From Patescibacteria group bacterium (GTDB taxonomy: Bacteria > Patescibacteriota > Patescibacteriia > JAHIZJ01): a stretch of 64,000 bases of DNA. The stretch lies in contig JBAZLK010000001.1 of NCBI GenBank assembly GCA_041650335.1, positions 228,940 to 292,939 on the forward strand, given 5' to 3'. The position numbers and the translations under genes were made by a program. Below, in pieces: positions 36,178 to 44,433 of the stretch. The number at the start of each line of letters is the position of its first letter. The stretch's first letter is position 1. The notes under the pieces were generated by a model. It saw only the letters and a list, made by a program, of their open reading frames with translations, was not told where the DNA came from and made no database searches.

Positions 36178-36750
36178 ATGCCAGACCAAAACGCGTTAAT
36201 TAAAAAGACTCGCGAGTTTGTAAAGAAGGCGTTTCAGGACAAGCCGCACTACAGCTTCAATCATTGGTCAGTGATGTACAACCACAGCGTCAATGTTCAG
36301 AAGCTGGCTCTGAAAATTGCCGACGAAATCCATTGTGACAAAGTGGTCGTGGCAATCAGCGCCCTGTTGCATGATATCGGCAAAACATTTAAAGCCGATG
36401 AAATGACGCTGCACAAGGAACACGAAAATTATAATTTGGTAATGGCTGAAGCTTTTTTGAACGGCCTGGCCCTACCAGAAGCCACTTTGCATGCGATTCG
36501 CAAAATCATTTCTTACAAATCAGACTCGGTTGAGATGAAGGTTGTAGATGATGCCGACACGCTCGCGTTCTACCAGGACAAAAAACTTCATATGCTATGG
36601 ATTGCCTGGGCGAGCGAGCGCCAGATGGAAACTGATATTGGCAAGAAGATCAATAAATACGAACGCCTTAATTTCGACATCAGCCGGCGTTTAGGAAAAC
36701 CGTGGTTCGAGCAGACCAAAAAGGACTGGGAGGCGTATCGGAATAATTAA
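36178..36750 (+). CDS. HD-domain phosphohydrolase
   Basis: H...LLHDIGK...DDADTL is the HD motif set; 190 aa. Confidence 0.75.
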   Translation: MPDQNALIKKTREFVKKAFQDKPHYSFNHWSVMYNHSVNVQKLALKIADEIHCDKVVVAISALLHDIGKTFKADEMTLHKEHENYNLVMAEAFLNGLALPEATLHAIRKIISYKSDSVEMKVVDDADTLAFYQDKKLHMLWIAWASERQMETDIGKKINKYERLNFDISRRLGKPWFEQTKKDWEAYRNN

Positions 36751-36772
36751 TCACCTAGTTCGTACGAATACA

Positions 36773-37339
36773 ATGCCAAAACCATTGCTGATCATAATTT
36801 CGGGCAAGCCCGGCACAGGTAAGACAACCCTGGGCAAAAAAATCGCCAAGGAATTTCATCTGCCTTTCATCAGCAAGGACGCCATCAAGGAATCCCTGTT
36901 TGACGACCTGGGCTGGAGCGACCGCGCCTGGTCGAGAAAACTTGGCGTCGCCACGTATTCACTTCTGTACTATTTCATCGAGTCGCTGTTATCGGCCGGG
37001 GTGTCGTTCATTGCCGAGAGCAATTTCAAACCAGAATTGGCCAACGAAACCTTTCAGGCACTGAAGAAAAAACACGGTTTTAAGCTGTTACAGATCATGT
37101 GCGAAACTAAAGGGGAGGTACTGTTTGAACGGTTTAAGGCGCGCACGGAGTCTGGTGAGCGCCATCCCGGACACGTCGACCATTTAAATCTGGACGAGTT
37201 CAAAGAGATGCTATTGAAGGGCGGACACGAACCCCTAGATATCGGCGGCCAGGTGTACCGCCTTGATACGACCGATTTCAACTCGATTGATTACAAAAAA
37301 TTGTTCAGCGCGATTAAATCAGCTCTCATTAGAAAATAA
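36773..37339 (+). CDS. P-loop kinase (AAA_33/polynucleotide-kinase-like)
   Basis: Walker A ISGKPGTGKTTLGKKIAKEF and Walker B-like SFIAESNF; 188 aa; immediately downstream of the HD gene. Confidence 0.6.
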   Translation: MPKPLLIIISGKPGTGKTTLGKKIAKEFHLPFISKDAIKESLFDDLGWSDRAWSRKLGVATYSLLYYFIESLLSAGVSFIAESNFKPELANETFQALKKKHGFKLLQIMCETKGEVLFERFKARTESGERHPGHVDHLNLDEFKEMLLKGGHEPLDIGGQVYRLDTTDFNSIDYKKLFSAIKSALIRK

Positions 37340-37351
37340 GCTAGTCAAATA

Positions 37352-37380
37352 AAAACCCGCCGTAACAGCGGATTTTTATA
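37352..37380 (+). terminator. Rho-independent terminator after the kinase gene
   Basis: aaaaacccgccgtaacagcggatttttat. Confidence 0.55.
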
Positions 37381-37614
37381 TGGCTCGCAAATATTATTTC
37401 TTCAGCGGGTCGTGTTGAGTTTATAAGCTATCCCAAGAGATGATTTGGCGTGGCAAAGAAAATGTCACTCGGATCATTAAGATATTTCTTGCTTGTCAAA
37501 ATTTGTTTACCCAAATTAAAACGGACAGCCCTGGTGCGGACGGATGTCCGTACGAAGCTGCCCGGCCGGCGTGGCCACCCTAGGCGGGTGTCAGCCGGCG
37601 GCCGTGGTGGAAGG

Positions 37615-38391
37615 TCAGGCCCGCGTCATGCCGTTGAAGTTCGGCTTGATGACGTGGTACCGTCCCTGCCAGGCCGCGTTGGTCGTGAGAGCGATCTGCG
37701 CCATGGTTCCGACGTACTGGCCGTTCGTCGAGTTGGCCACGTCGGTGTTCTGCTCCGCCGTCGCCGCGAAGTCGTCGCAGGTGTCGGCGGTGGTGCTCAT
37801 CGGGATCGAGTACTCGGAGGTCTTCAGGTAGGGTAGGTTCGTCGCCGTGTTCGCGTTCTGTTCGCTGGCATCGGCGGCGGTCTTCGTGTCGGTGGTCAGG
37901 GCGGCGTCGGTCTGCGCGTTGGCTCTGCCCTGCGCTTCCTGTGACGCCGAGGTCGATGCCAGCGGGTTCTCGTTGCCGGAGAAGGTGTTCGAAAGAACGG
38001 GAGCCAGGTTCGCGGAAAGGAAGGTCGCGTTGGCTCTGCCCTCGCTTCCTACCGTGACCGCGATGGTCTGCTTCGCGATCCAGCTCGATTCCTCAGCGGT
38101 CTCGTTGTTGGTCGTCAGCTCGTTCTCGGCATAGGTCTTGCTCGTAGTAGCCGCGAACTGATCCACCCCACCCGCAGCCTCGCAGGCGATATCGGTGGAA
38201 GAGCTGATGATGGTCTCGCTGACGGCGACGGCGGTCGATGTGCCGGTGGCGGTCAGCGCGTCCGGAGCGATGGTCGCGACCTGCGCGTCGTTGCTGTACG
38301 CCGTCTTAGCGTTGGTGGCGCTGCAGAACGTGGCCGGAACCAGGAACACAACTGCGAACAGTGCGAGTATCCAGAACTGCGTTCTCCTCAT
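37615..38391 (-). CDS. Secreted Ala/Thr-rich hypothetical protein (signal peptide) on a GC-rich islet
   Basis: AAGGAGGG RBS; MRRTQFWILALFAVVFLVPATFCSA signal peptide; ~62% GC. The ORF extends to 38421 but the RBS supports the Met at 38391. Confidence 0.5.
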   Translation of the reverse strand: MRRTQFWILALFAVVFLVPATFCSATNAKTAYSNDAQVATIAPDALTATGTSTAVAVSETIISSSTDIACEAAGGVDQFAATTSKTYAENELTTNNETAEESSWIAKQTIAVTVGSEGRANATFLSANLAPVLSNTFSGNENPLASTSASQEAQGRANAQTDAALTTDTKTAADASEQNANTATNLPYLKTSEYSIPMSTTADTCDDFAATAEQNTDVANSTNGQYVGTMAQIALTTNAAWQGRYHVIKPNFNGMTRA

Positions 38392-38683
38392 GAGGGGTCC
38401 CTCCTTGAGGTAGAAAATCACGGTACCTGCGTGTCTAGCACCGATGTAGTGGTGTAGCGTTTATTCCTTTCGTGGGTCCTCCAGGTCCCGATAAGGAATG
38501 CCGCCGCAATGGACGACGACGGGTTAGCGGGCGTTGAAACAACACTCACTTCCTCATTAAGAATATCGACAAATTATAGAGAAATCAAGTTCCTGTCAAG
38601 TCTTTATTGACGCGAACGGCATTTTGCTTTCTTTTTCCAGCATTTTTGGTACAATAAAGGCAATAATACGTCATAATAATACG

Positions 38684-39481
38684 ATGGAAACACCAGCCAC
38701 TCCCACGTCCGCCCAACCTGACACGCGCTTTCAGCGATTGCGGCGTTTTAATCTACTGATGTTCATTTTGCATCTCGGTCAGGGCATTGCGATGCTTATT
38801 TTGAGCAATGATTTCAGTGTGCCGGTCACGACCGCGTTTGTTCAGTTTAGCCGCGTAACCAATACACTGGAACCGGTGCTGAACGAAGCCTTCAGGCTGA
38901 AACTTGGTCCGTTGGTCGCCGGTTTCTTGTTTCTCTCGGCCTTGGCCCATCTCATGATCTCACTGCCCCGGATCTATGACTGGTATGTCGCCAATTTGAA
39001 AAAGGGGATGAATCTGGCGCGCTGGATCGAATATGCGTTCAGCTCCTCGATCATGATAGTCGTCATCTCAATGCTGGTTGGAATGTACGATGGCATCAGC
39101 CTCATGTTCGCGTTTTTTCTCAACATGATGATGATCTTGTTCGGCTGGGTGATGGAAGTGCACAATCAAACCACGCCAAAAACGAACTGGATTTCCTATA
39201 TCTTTGGTTGTATCGCCGGTGCCATCCCATGGGTCGCAGTTGCGCTCTATCTATTCTTGTCAGGCAGCGGCGATGCCAAAGCCCCGACATTTGTTTACTG
39301 GATTTTCTTTTCCATATTCCTATTCTTCAATGTATTCGCTGTCAACATGATTCTCCAGTACAAGAAGGTCGGTAAGTGGCGCGATTACCTCTATGGCGAG
39401 CGCGCCTACATCATCCTCAGCCTGGTGGCGAAATCGCTGCTGGCTTGGCAAGTCTGGGCGGGGACGTTGCGGCCAGTTTAA
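38684..39481 (+). CDS. Heliorhodopsin (inverted-topology microbial rhodopsin)
   Basis: Block-by-block resemblance to heliorhodopsin 48C12: RWIEYAFSSSIMIVVI, MILFGW, FGCIAGAIPWVAVALYLF, LFLFFNVFAVNMILQYKKVGKWRDYLYGERAYIILSLVAKSLLAWQVWAGTL. The TM7 Lys sits in the SLVAKS context (retinal Schiff-base position). 7 TM helices. An extended -10 (tggTACAAT) at ~38647-38655 sits upstream of this Met. Confidence 0.88.
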   Translation: METPATPTSAQPDTRFQRLRRFNLLMFILHLGQGIAMLILSNDFSVPVTTAFVQFSRVTNTLEPVLNEAFRLKLGPLVAGFLFLSALAHLMISLPRIYDWYVANLKKGMNLARWIEYAFSSSIMIVVISMLVGMYDGISLMFAFFLNMMMILFGWVMEVHNQTTPKTNWISYIFGCIAGAIPWVAVALYLFLSGSGDAKAPTFVYWIFFSIFLFFNVFAVNMILQYKKVGKWRDYLYGERAYIILSLVAKSLLAWQVWAGTLRPV

Positions 39482-39483
39482 GA

Positions 39484-39585
39484 GCAATTATAAAATTCAA
39501 AATTAAGAATTAATAATTATAGTACCCACCCAAGGTGGGTCACATTCATTCCTCCTTCTGAATTCTGAATTTGGTTTAATTATTA
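39484..39585. repeat. Copy A of a ~90 bp intergenic element with ~15-20 bp terminal inverted repeats (aaattcaaaatt ... ctgaattctgaattt) and a conserved core gggtcacattcatt; contains the hairpin cccacccaaggtgggt
   Basis: Compared by eye with copy B at 47268-47352: the same terminal IR motif (aattcaaaattcaaaatt / cattttgcattttgaatt) and the same core (gggtgacattcatt). Confidence 0.6.
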
Positions 39586-39599
39586 GTAAACAACTCTGT

Positions 39600-40349
39600 A
39601 TGGAAACACCAGCCGAACAAAAACCAGTTGGCTCAGTAGAACAGCCAGTAAAGCCAATTGAAAAACCAGCTAAGAAACACCATCGTCTCCGGACGACACT
39701 GATTGTCCTGGCGATTATCATTGTTGTGCTCGGAGTCGGCGTCGCCGCGACCGGACTGATTACCATACCGGGCCTCTCGGATATTCTTGGTACCAGCAAG
39801 CCGAAAGATCTGGGCGTGAAAGCCAGCCAAGAGGCGTTGACGAGTTTGGAAAAGAAAATGCCGGTAACGATTGAGGGCGGTGCGTCGGAATTATGCCTGG
39901 CCTGTAACCAGACGTATTCGGGTGTGGTTTCAGTTACCGCCAACCGTACGTCCGAAGAGATGACTTCCTTCCTCAAGCTCTGGCCGCGGCAGGAAGACGA
40001 TATTCTAAAAAACACCCAGGTTAAATTTATTGATGGCGGGTTGGAAATATCGACCAAGCTGCACAAATACATTCAAGCGCCCGTCTACGTGAAGGTGCTG
40101 GTCGAGCGGACGTCGAATAAAACGGTGCGACTCAATATTACTCAGGGGAAGATCGGTATTTTCAGCGTACCGGATAAGTACCTCCGTCAAGCGACTGACT
40201 TTTTCCAGGACCTGGTGAATAATCGCCTGGCTGATGTGACCGGCTTTTCCATGGACCGGCTCGAATACCATGATGGGTACTCGACATTTTCCGGTACCTA
40301 TCCGGCGGTAGTGAAGCCGGCGTCAGGCAAGTGGACCGAGACATTTTAA
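39600..40349 (+). CDS. Hypothetical single-pass membrane protein with Lys/Pro-rich N-terminus
   Basis: METPAEQKPVGSVEQPVKPIEKPAKKHHRLRTTLIVLAIIIVVLGVGVAATGLITIPG then a ~190 aa extracytoplasmic domain. Confidence 0.5.
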   Translation: METPAEQKPVGSVEQPVKPIEKPAKKHHRLRTTLIVLAIIIVVLGVGVAATGLITIPGLSDILGTSKPKDLGVKASQEALTSLEKKMPVTIEGGASELCLACNQTYSGVVSVTANRTSEEMTSFLKLWPRQEDDILKNTQVKFIDGGLEISTKLHKYIQAPVYVKVLVERTSNKTVRLNITQGKIGIFSVPDKYLRQATDFFQDLVNNRLADVTGFSMDRLEYHDGYSTFSGTYPAVVKPASGKWTETF

Positions 40350-40371
40350 ATTGACGATCATCGATTGACAA

Positions 40372-40405
40372 ACCGGGCGCGGCCATGATATTGTGGCCGC
40401 GTCGG
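40372..40405 (+). terminator. Rho-independent terminator
   Basis: gcgcggccatgatattgtggccgcgtcggttttcgtttc: 8 bp stem then a T-rich tract. Confidence 0.6.
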
Positions 40406-40437
40406 TTTTCGTTTCATCCAACCACGGAGGGGTGTGC

Positions 40438-40857
40438 ATGAGCTCGACGATGTGGTCGTGGAAGCAGTGGGGGAAACTGGTCCTCTACGACGTGTTCTTT
40501 CTGATCGTGATCGGGATCGCCCTGACAGCCGTCAGCCATCGCAGCATCTTTGGTCAGTTGATCTGGCTGGCTGGTCTGACGGGCTTTTCCGGACTGATCG
40601 GATTGGTCTTCAGCATCGGGCCGAGATATTTCGTCAACATCGAAAACCGGCCCGCTCGGATCGCGCTCTGGTTCGTTGTCAGCGCGGCAGTCATCAGCCC
40701 GCTGGCCCTCGGTACCCTCTGGGCCTGGGAACTGAAGGCCGGTTTGGACGCGTTCGCGCTGTTGGGCGGCGGCCTGGCCGGTTACTTCTGGAGCCAGCTT
40801 GATCACTGGCGCCGCACCCTCAGGGCTGGAACAATCCAGCCGTCGCGCCTGGCGTAA
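40438..40857 (+). CDS. Hypothetical 4-TM membrane protein on a GC-rich islet
   Basis: MSSTMWSWKQWGKLVLYDVFFLIVIGIALTAV...; ~60% GC; RBS acggaggggtgtgcATG. Confidence 0.45.
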   Translation: MSSTMWSWKQWGKLVLYDVFFLIVIGIALTAVSHRSIFGQLIWLAGLTGFSGLIGLVFSIGPRYFVNIENRPARIALWFVVSAAVISPLALGTLWAWELKAGLDAFALLGGGLAGYFWSQLDHWRRTLRAGTIQPSRLA

Positions 40858-40904
40858 TGCGCTAGGCCTTTTTTTATCCTCGAGATATTATCAACCACCG
40901 GCTA

Positions 40905-40937
40905 AAAAATAAAAAAACCGGAATCAGCCGGAAATAT
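40905..40937 (-). terminator. Rho-independent terminator of the ABC transporter operon (minus strand)
   Basis: On the minus strand: atttccggctgattccggttttttt. Confidence 0.65.
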
Positions 40938-40953
40938 AATCCCTAAACGAAAA

Positions 40954-42051
40954 TTACTGCGCTCGTATTCGGAAGCCCTTCCAGGCCAAGATAAATGACG
41001 CCACAATCCAGCCGCCGAGGATAGCCAGGGCGGTCGGGTAGTCGAACGGCGTACGGCCGTCGATCGAAATGCCGCGCAATATTTTTAAAAGAGAGGTCAG
41101 GGGCAGGAAGTCAACGATTTTTCCGACCGCCTTTGGCAGCATATCGGGCGAGAAAAAGACACCGGAAAGAAACATCATCGGCGTGGTAATCGCGTTCGCC
41201 ATCGCTTCGGCCGTGTTCACGGTCTTTGCCTGTCCGGCCACGAAAAAGCCGATGTTCAAGAACACGATTGTTCCCACGAGCGTTGTCAGCGCCAACCAGA
41301 CGTAGCTGCCATAGACCTGGACGTGGAAGACAAACCGGCCGACCCCGATAATCAAGGCAATTTGGATCATGGCCAAGAAGAGATAATTGCCAATTTCAGA
41401 AATCAGATAGCTGCGGATATTAATCGGCGTGGCGACTAGCCGTTTCAATATTTTTCGTTCGCGATAGCGGGTGATGCCGACCGCAATGCCGATAATGGAG
41501 GAAAACATGATCGCCATGCCGAGGATGCCGGGCATGATGAAATCGAGGTATTTAATGTTGTGGCCCTGGACGCCCTCAGATCGGACGAGAAAGAGTTTCG
41601 GCGTGCCCGTGCTTTGGAGGGTGTAGTCGTTCAAAAACTGATTTACGACAGTGACGATGATCTGGCTTTGTTGGTTGCTTCCGTCGATAATGACGTTGAA
41701 CGGTATCGGTTCTTTTTGGTCTTTCGGATTAACGGTCCCGAATTCCTTTGGAATGATAATGATGCCGGCCAGTTCGCTTTTTTTCATTTGCTCACGCGCT
41801 GCATCAATCGTGCCGAAATCCTTCTGATAAAAAACATTGAGCCCCATGAGTTGATCGATCAGTTGCCGCGAGGTGTCGTTCCTCGCTTCATCGATGAATT
41901 GGACATTAAATTTCTGCGGCGTGTCAAAACGGAACAAGCCGAAAATAATAAGAAACAAAAGCGGGAACAGCAGCGACCAAAAAAGCGACTGTCGATCCCG
42001 GAAGGTCATTTTGATATTGGCGACGAACAGCCGCCAGGTCGGGTTATTCAC
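40954..42051 (-). CDS. ABC-2 family transporter permease
   Basis: 6 TM helices after a large N-terminal extracytoplasmic loop; ABC-2 architecture; 8 nt overlap with the ATPase gene. Confidence 0.75.
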   Translation of the reverse strand: MNNPTWRLFVANIKMTFRDRQSLFWSLLFPLLFLIIFGLFRFDTPQKFNVQFIDEARNDTSRQLIDQLMGLNVFYQKDFGTIDAAREQMKKSELAGIIIIPKEFGTVNPKDQKEPIPFNVIIDGSNQQSQIIVTVVNQFLNDYTLQSTGTPKLFLVRSEGVQGHNIKYLDFIMPGILGMAIMFSSIIGIAVGITRYRERKILKRLVATPINIRSYLISEIGNYLFLAMIQIALIIGVGRFVFHVQVYGSYVWLALTTLVGTIVFLNIGFFVAGQAKTVNTAEAMANAITTPMMFLSGVFFSPDMLPKAVGKIVDFLPLTSLLKILRGISIDGRTPFDYPTALAILGGWIVASFILAWKGFRIRAQ

Positions 42052-42973
42052 GGAGCCGGCTCCCGGTTAGGTGTAAGAACACATCCTCAAGATTGGCACG
42101 CGCAATCTCAATGTCGCGCAGGGGATTGTTTTGCTCATGCGCCCAACGGATCAGCGGCGGCAGGGTTTCAGAGGCGTGAGTGATCTGGAGGCGATAGGTG
42201 TCTTCGCCGTTTATTTCGGATTCTTTTACGCCCGGTATCGCCAGGAATGTTTTCGGATCGACGTTTTTCTCGAGCTTGAAATGCAGATGGGCGGTCGCCT
42301 GGAGCTGGTGAATCAGATTGGCGGGCGAATCGAGCGCCACGACTTTACCGTGGTCAATGATGCCGACGCGGTCGCAGAGCTCTTCCGCTTCTTCCATATA
42401 GTGCGAGGTGAGGACGACGGTCCGTCCCTGGGAGTTTATTTTTCGGATAAAATCCCACATGTGCCGCCGCGCTTGCGGGTCCAAACCGGTAGTTGGTTCG
42501 TCGAGAAAAACGACTTCCGGTTCATTGACCAGGCTGACGGCGATCGAGAAACGCTGTTGCTGTCCGCCCGAGAGTTCCTTGACGAGCGCTTTTCGTTTTT
42601 CCGACAGCTCGACGATTTCGAGCAGTTCAGCCGCATCAGCTTGCTTCGGATAAAAACTTCCGAAAAGCTTCAAAATTTCCATCAAGTTCAGGTAGTCGAA
42701 AAAAGACGAGGATTGCAGCTGAATACCGATGCGCTGTTTCACTTTCTGCACCTCTTTCCGTGAATCAAGACCGAGCACCGACGTGGTGCCGCGGGTGGGG
42801 TTCTGCAAGCCTTCAATAATCTCAAGGGTGGTTGTTTTGCCGGCGCCATTTGGGCCAAGTAAGCCAAAAATTTCACCTTTCTTGATCGAAAAGGAAACAC
42901 CGTCAACGGCCGTGAGTTCGCCGCCGGGTTGGGGGAATATTTTGACGAGATTGTTTACTTCGATAACCGACAT
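42044..42973 (-). CDS. ABC transporter ATP-binding protein
   Basis: Walker A GLLGPNGAGKTTT, signature LSGGQQQRFSIAVSL, Walker B VVFLDEPTTGLD, H-loop. Confidence 0.9.
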   Translation of the reverse strand: MSVIEVNNLVKIFPQPGGELTAVDGVSFSIKKGEIFGLLGPNGAGKTTTLEIIEGLQNPTRGTTSVLGLDSRKEVQKVKQRIGIQLQSSSFFDYLNLMEILKLFGSFYPKQADAAELLEIVELSEKRKALVKELSGGQQQRFSIAVSLVNEPEVVFLDEPTTGLDPQARRHMWDFIRKINSQGRTVVLTSHYMEEAEELCDRVGIIDHGKVVALDSPANLIHQLQATAHLHFKLEKNVDPKTFLAIPGVKESEINGEDTYRLQITHASETLPPLIRWAHEQNNPLRDIEIARANLEDVFLHLTGSRLRE

Positions 42974-43020
42974 AGCCTGACCAGTATATCAGAGCGACCC
43001 ACGCCGGTCAAACCCTTGAT

Positions 43021-43049
43021 TTGACAGATAAAAAAGGCTATAGTACAAT
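43021..43049 (+). promoter_or_regulatory. Strong sigma-70-like promoter for the infA-r-protein-rpoA operon (TTGACA-17-TACAAT)
   Basis: TTGACAgataaaaaaggctatagTACAAT. Confidence 0.6.
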
Positions 43050-43162
43050 GCTTTTGGGTAAATAAATATTACCAGATGTCAAGATTTTGTCTCGAACAGC
43101 GGTAGAATCAAAGAAATTCTCTGTCGGGCTATCTTGACGAGAATTTTTCGTTTTCGCAATCC

Positions 43163-43414
43163 ATGGAGAGACGAAAGCCGTATACACCAACACGACCCCG
43201 CGTTAAACCTGGCTTTGTCGAAGCCAGCGGTGTCGTCGAGGAATTATTGCCCAACGCCACCTTTCGCGTTACCTTAGACAATGGTCACGCGGTCTTGGCT
43301 CATCTCTCCGGGCGCATGCGCATGAATCGCATCAAGATTCTGCCGGGCGATCGAGTCAGCCTGGAAATGACCCCGTATGATTTAACAAAAGGCAGAATAA
43401 CGTACCGACAATAA
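43163..43414 (+). CDS. infA: Translation initiation factor IF-1
   Basis: [60 protein letters not shown] is an S1-like IF-1. Confidence 0.85.
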   Translation: MERRKPYTPTRPRVKPGFVEASGVVEELLPNATFRVTLDNGHAVLAHLSGRMRMNRIKILPGDRVSLEMTPYDLTKGRITYRQ

Positions 43415-43416
43415 TC

Positions 43417-43530
43417 ATGAAAGTTCGCGCTTCGGTTAAAAAAATGTGCATGCAGTGCAAAGTCGTTCGACGGAAAAAACGGCTGGTTGTGATTTGCTCA
43501 AACCCGAAGCATAAACAGCGCCAAGGGTAA
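43417..43530 (+). CDS. rpmJ: 50S ribosomal protein L36 (not in supplied ORF track; below size cutoff)
   Basis: Translation of 43417-43530: [37 protein letters not shown] is a zinc-ribbon L36; the ATG lies 2 nt after the infA stop. Confidence 0.9.
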   Translation: MKVRASVKKMCMQCKVVRRKKRLVVICSNPKHKQRQG

Positions 43531-43547
43531 TATCATTATCACGTCTT

Positions 43548-43940
43548 ATGGCCGCACGTATCGCCGGAGTAACCCTCCCACAGAACAAACGCATCGAATT
43601 CGGACTAACCTATGTCTATGGCGTAGGGCATTCCTCGGTGCTGAAAATATTGGCGGCGACGAAAATATCGCCCGACATCCGAACCCAGGATCTGACCACC
43701 GAGCAAATAAAATCGTTGAGCGACTATATTACGAAGAATTTTAAAGTTGAAGGTGAATTGCGCCGCGAGCGAACTGGCAATGTGAAGCGATTAAAGGATA
43801 TCGGCGCCTACCGGGGCACCCGGCACACCAAGGGGCTGCCGGTTCGCGGCCAACGTACCCGCACGAACACCCGGACGGTTCGCGGTAACGTCCGTCATAC
43901 GATGGGCTCGGGCCGTCGGCCGTCGGCAGAAAAGACATAA
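43548..43940 (+). CDS. rpsM: 30S ribosomal protein S13
   Basis: [25 protein letters not shown]...[19 protein letters not shown]. Confidence 0.9.
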   Translation: MAARIAGVTLPQNKRIEFGLTYVYGVGHSSVLKILAATKISPDIRTQDLTTEQIKSLSDYITKNFKVEGELRRERTGNVKRLKDIGAYRGTRHTKGLPVRGQRTRTNTRTVRGNVRHTMGSGRRPSAEKT

Positions 43941-43954
43941 TCTAACGATCACCC

Positions 43955-44416
43955 ATGGCAGAACAACAACCAGCAAAAGCGGAAGAAAAAAAAGAACCAG
44001 CCGTCGCGGCTGAAAAAACCGATACCAAGGCGAAACCGGCGTATCGCAAGAAAAAAAAGACGCGAAAATTTGTTACCCGCGGGATTGCGCATATTTCCGC
44101 GACCTACAATAACACGATCGTTGCGATCAGCGATCCTGAGGGGAATGTGCTGGGCTGGTCTTCGGCCGGTCAAAATGGATTTAAGGGTCCGAAGAAAGCG
44201 ACGCCGTATGCGGCCGGTATCATCGTTCGTTCGTTGATGGACAAGCTGCGGGACTACGGCTTGCGCGAAGTCGACGTAAAGGTGAAGGGTGTCGGGTCCG
44301 GACGCGAGGCGGCCATCCGTGGTCTCAACGCTCAGGGTTTAAACATATTATCAATCAAAGACATAACGCCGGTACCGCATAACGGTCCTCGGCCGCGCAA
44401 GGTGCGCCGAGTCTAA
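43955..44416 (+). CDS. rpsK: 30S ribosomal protein S11 with Lys/Glu-rich N-terminal extension
   Basis: GIAHISATYNNTIVAISDPEGNVLGWSSAGQNGFKGPKKATPYAAG, preceded by a ~30 aa extension AEQQPAKAEEKKEPAVAAEKTDTKAKPAYRKKKK. Confidence 0.9.
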   Translation: MAEQQPAKAEEKKEPAVAAEKTDTKAKPAYRKKKKTRKFVTRGIAHISATYNNTIVAISDPEGNVLGWSSAGQNGFKGPKKATPYAAGIIVRSLMDKLRDYGLREVDVKVKGVGSGREAAIRGLNAQGLNILSIKDITPVPHNGPRPRKVRRV

Positions 44417-44433
44417 GGCGAAGGATATTTATT

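Noticed and set aside
37450-38413. Plus-strand ORFs 37450..37836, 37544..37831, 37847..38134 and 38195..38413 opposite the secreted-protein gene.
   Set aside because: They are antisense shadows in a GC-rich gene. The minus-strand frame has an RBS plus a signal peptide.
42131-42763. 210-aa antisense ORF inside the ABC ATPase gene.
   Set aside because: The sense frame has Walker A/B and the LSGGQ signature.
43049-43162. Secondary promoter-like hexamers (TTGTCT…TAGAAT) in the infA leader.
   Set aside because: The spacer is only ~10 nt, so it is incompatible with sigma-70 spacing.
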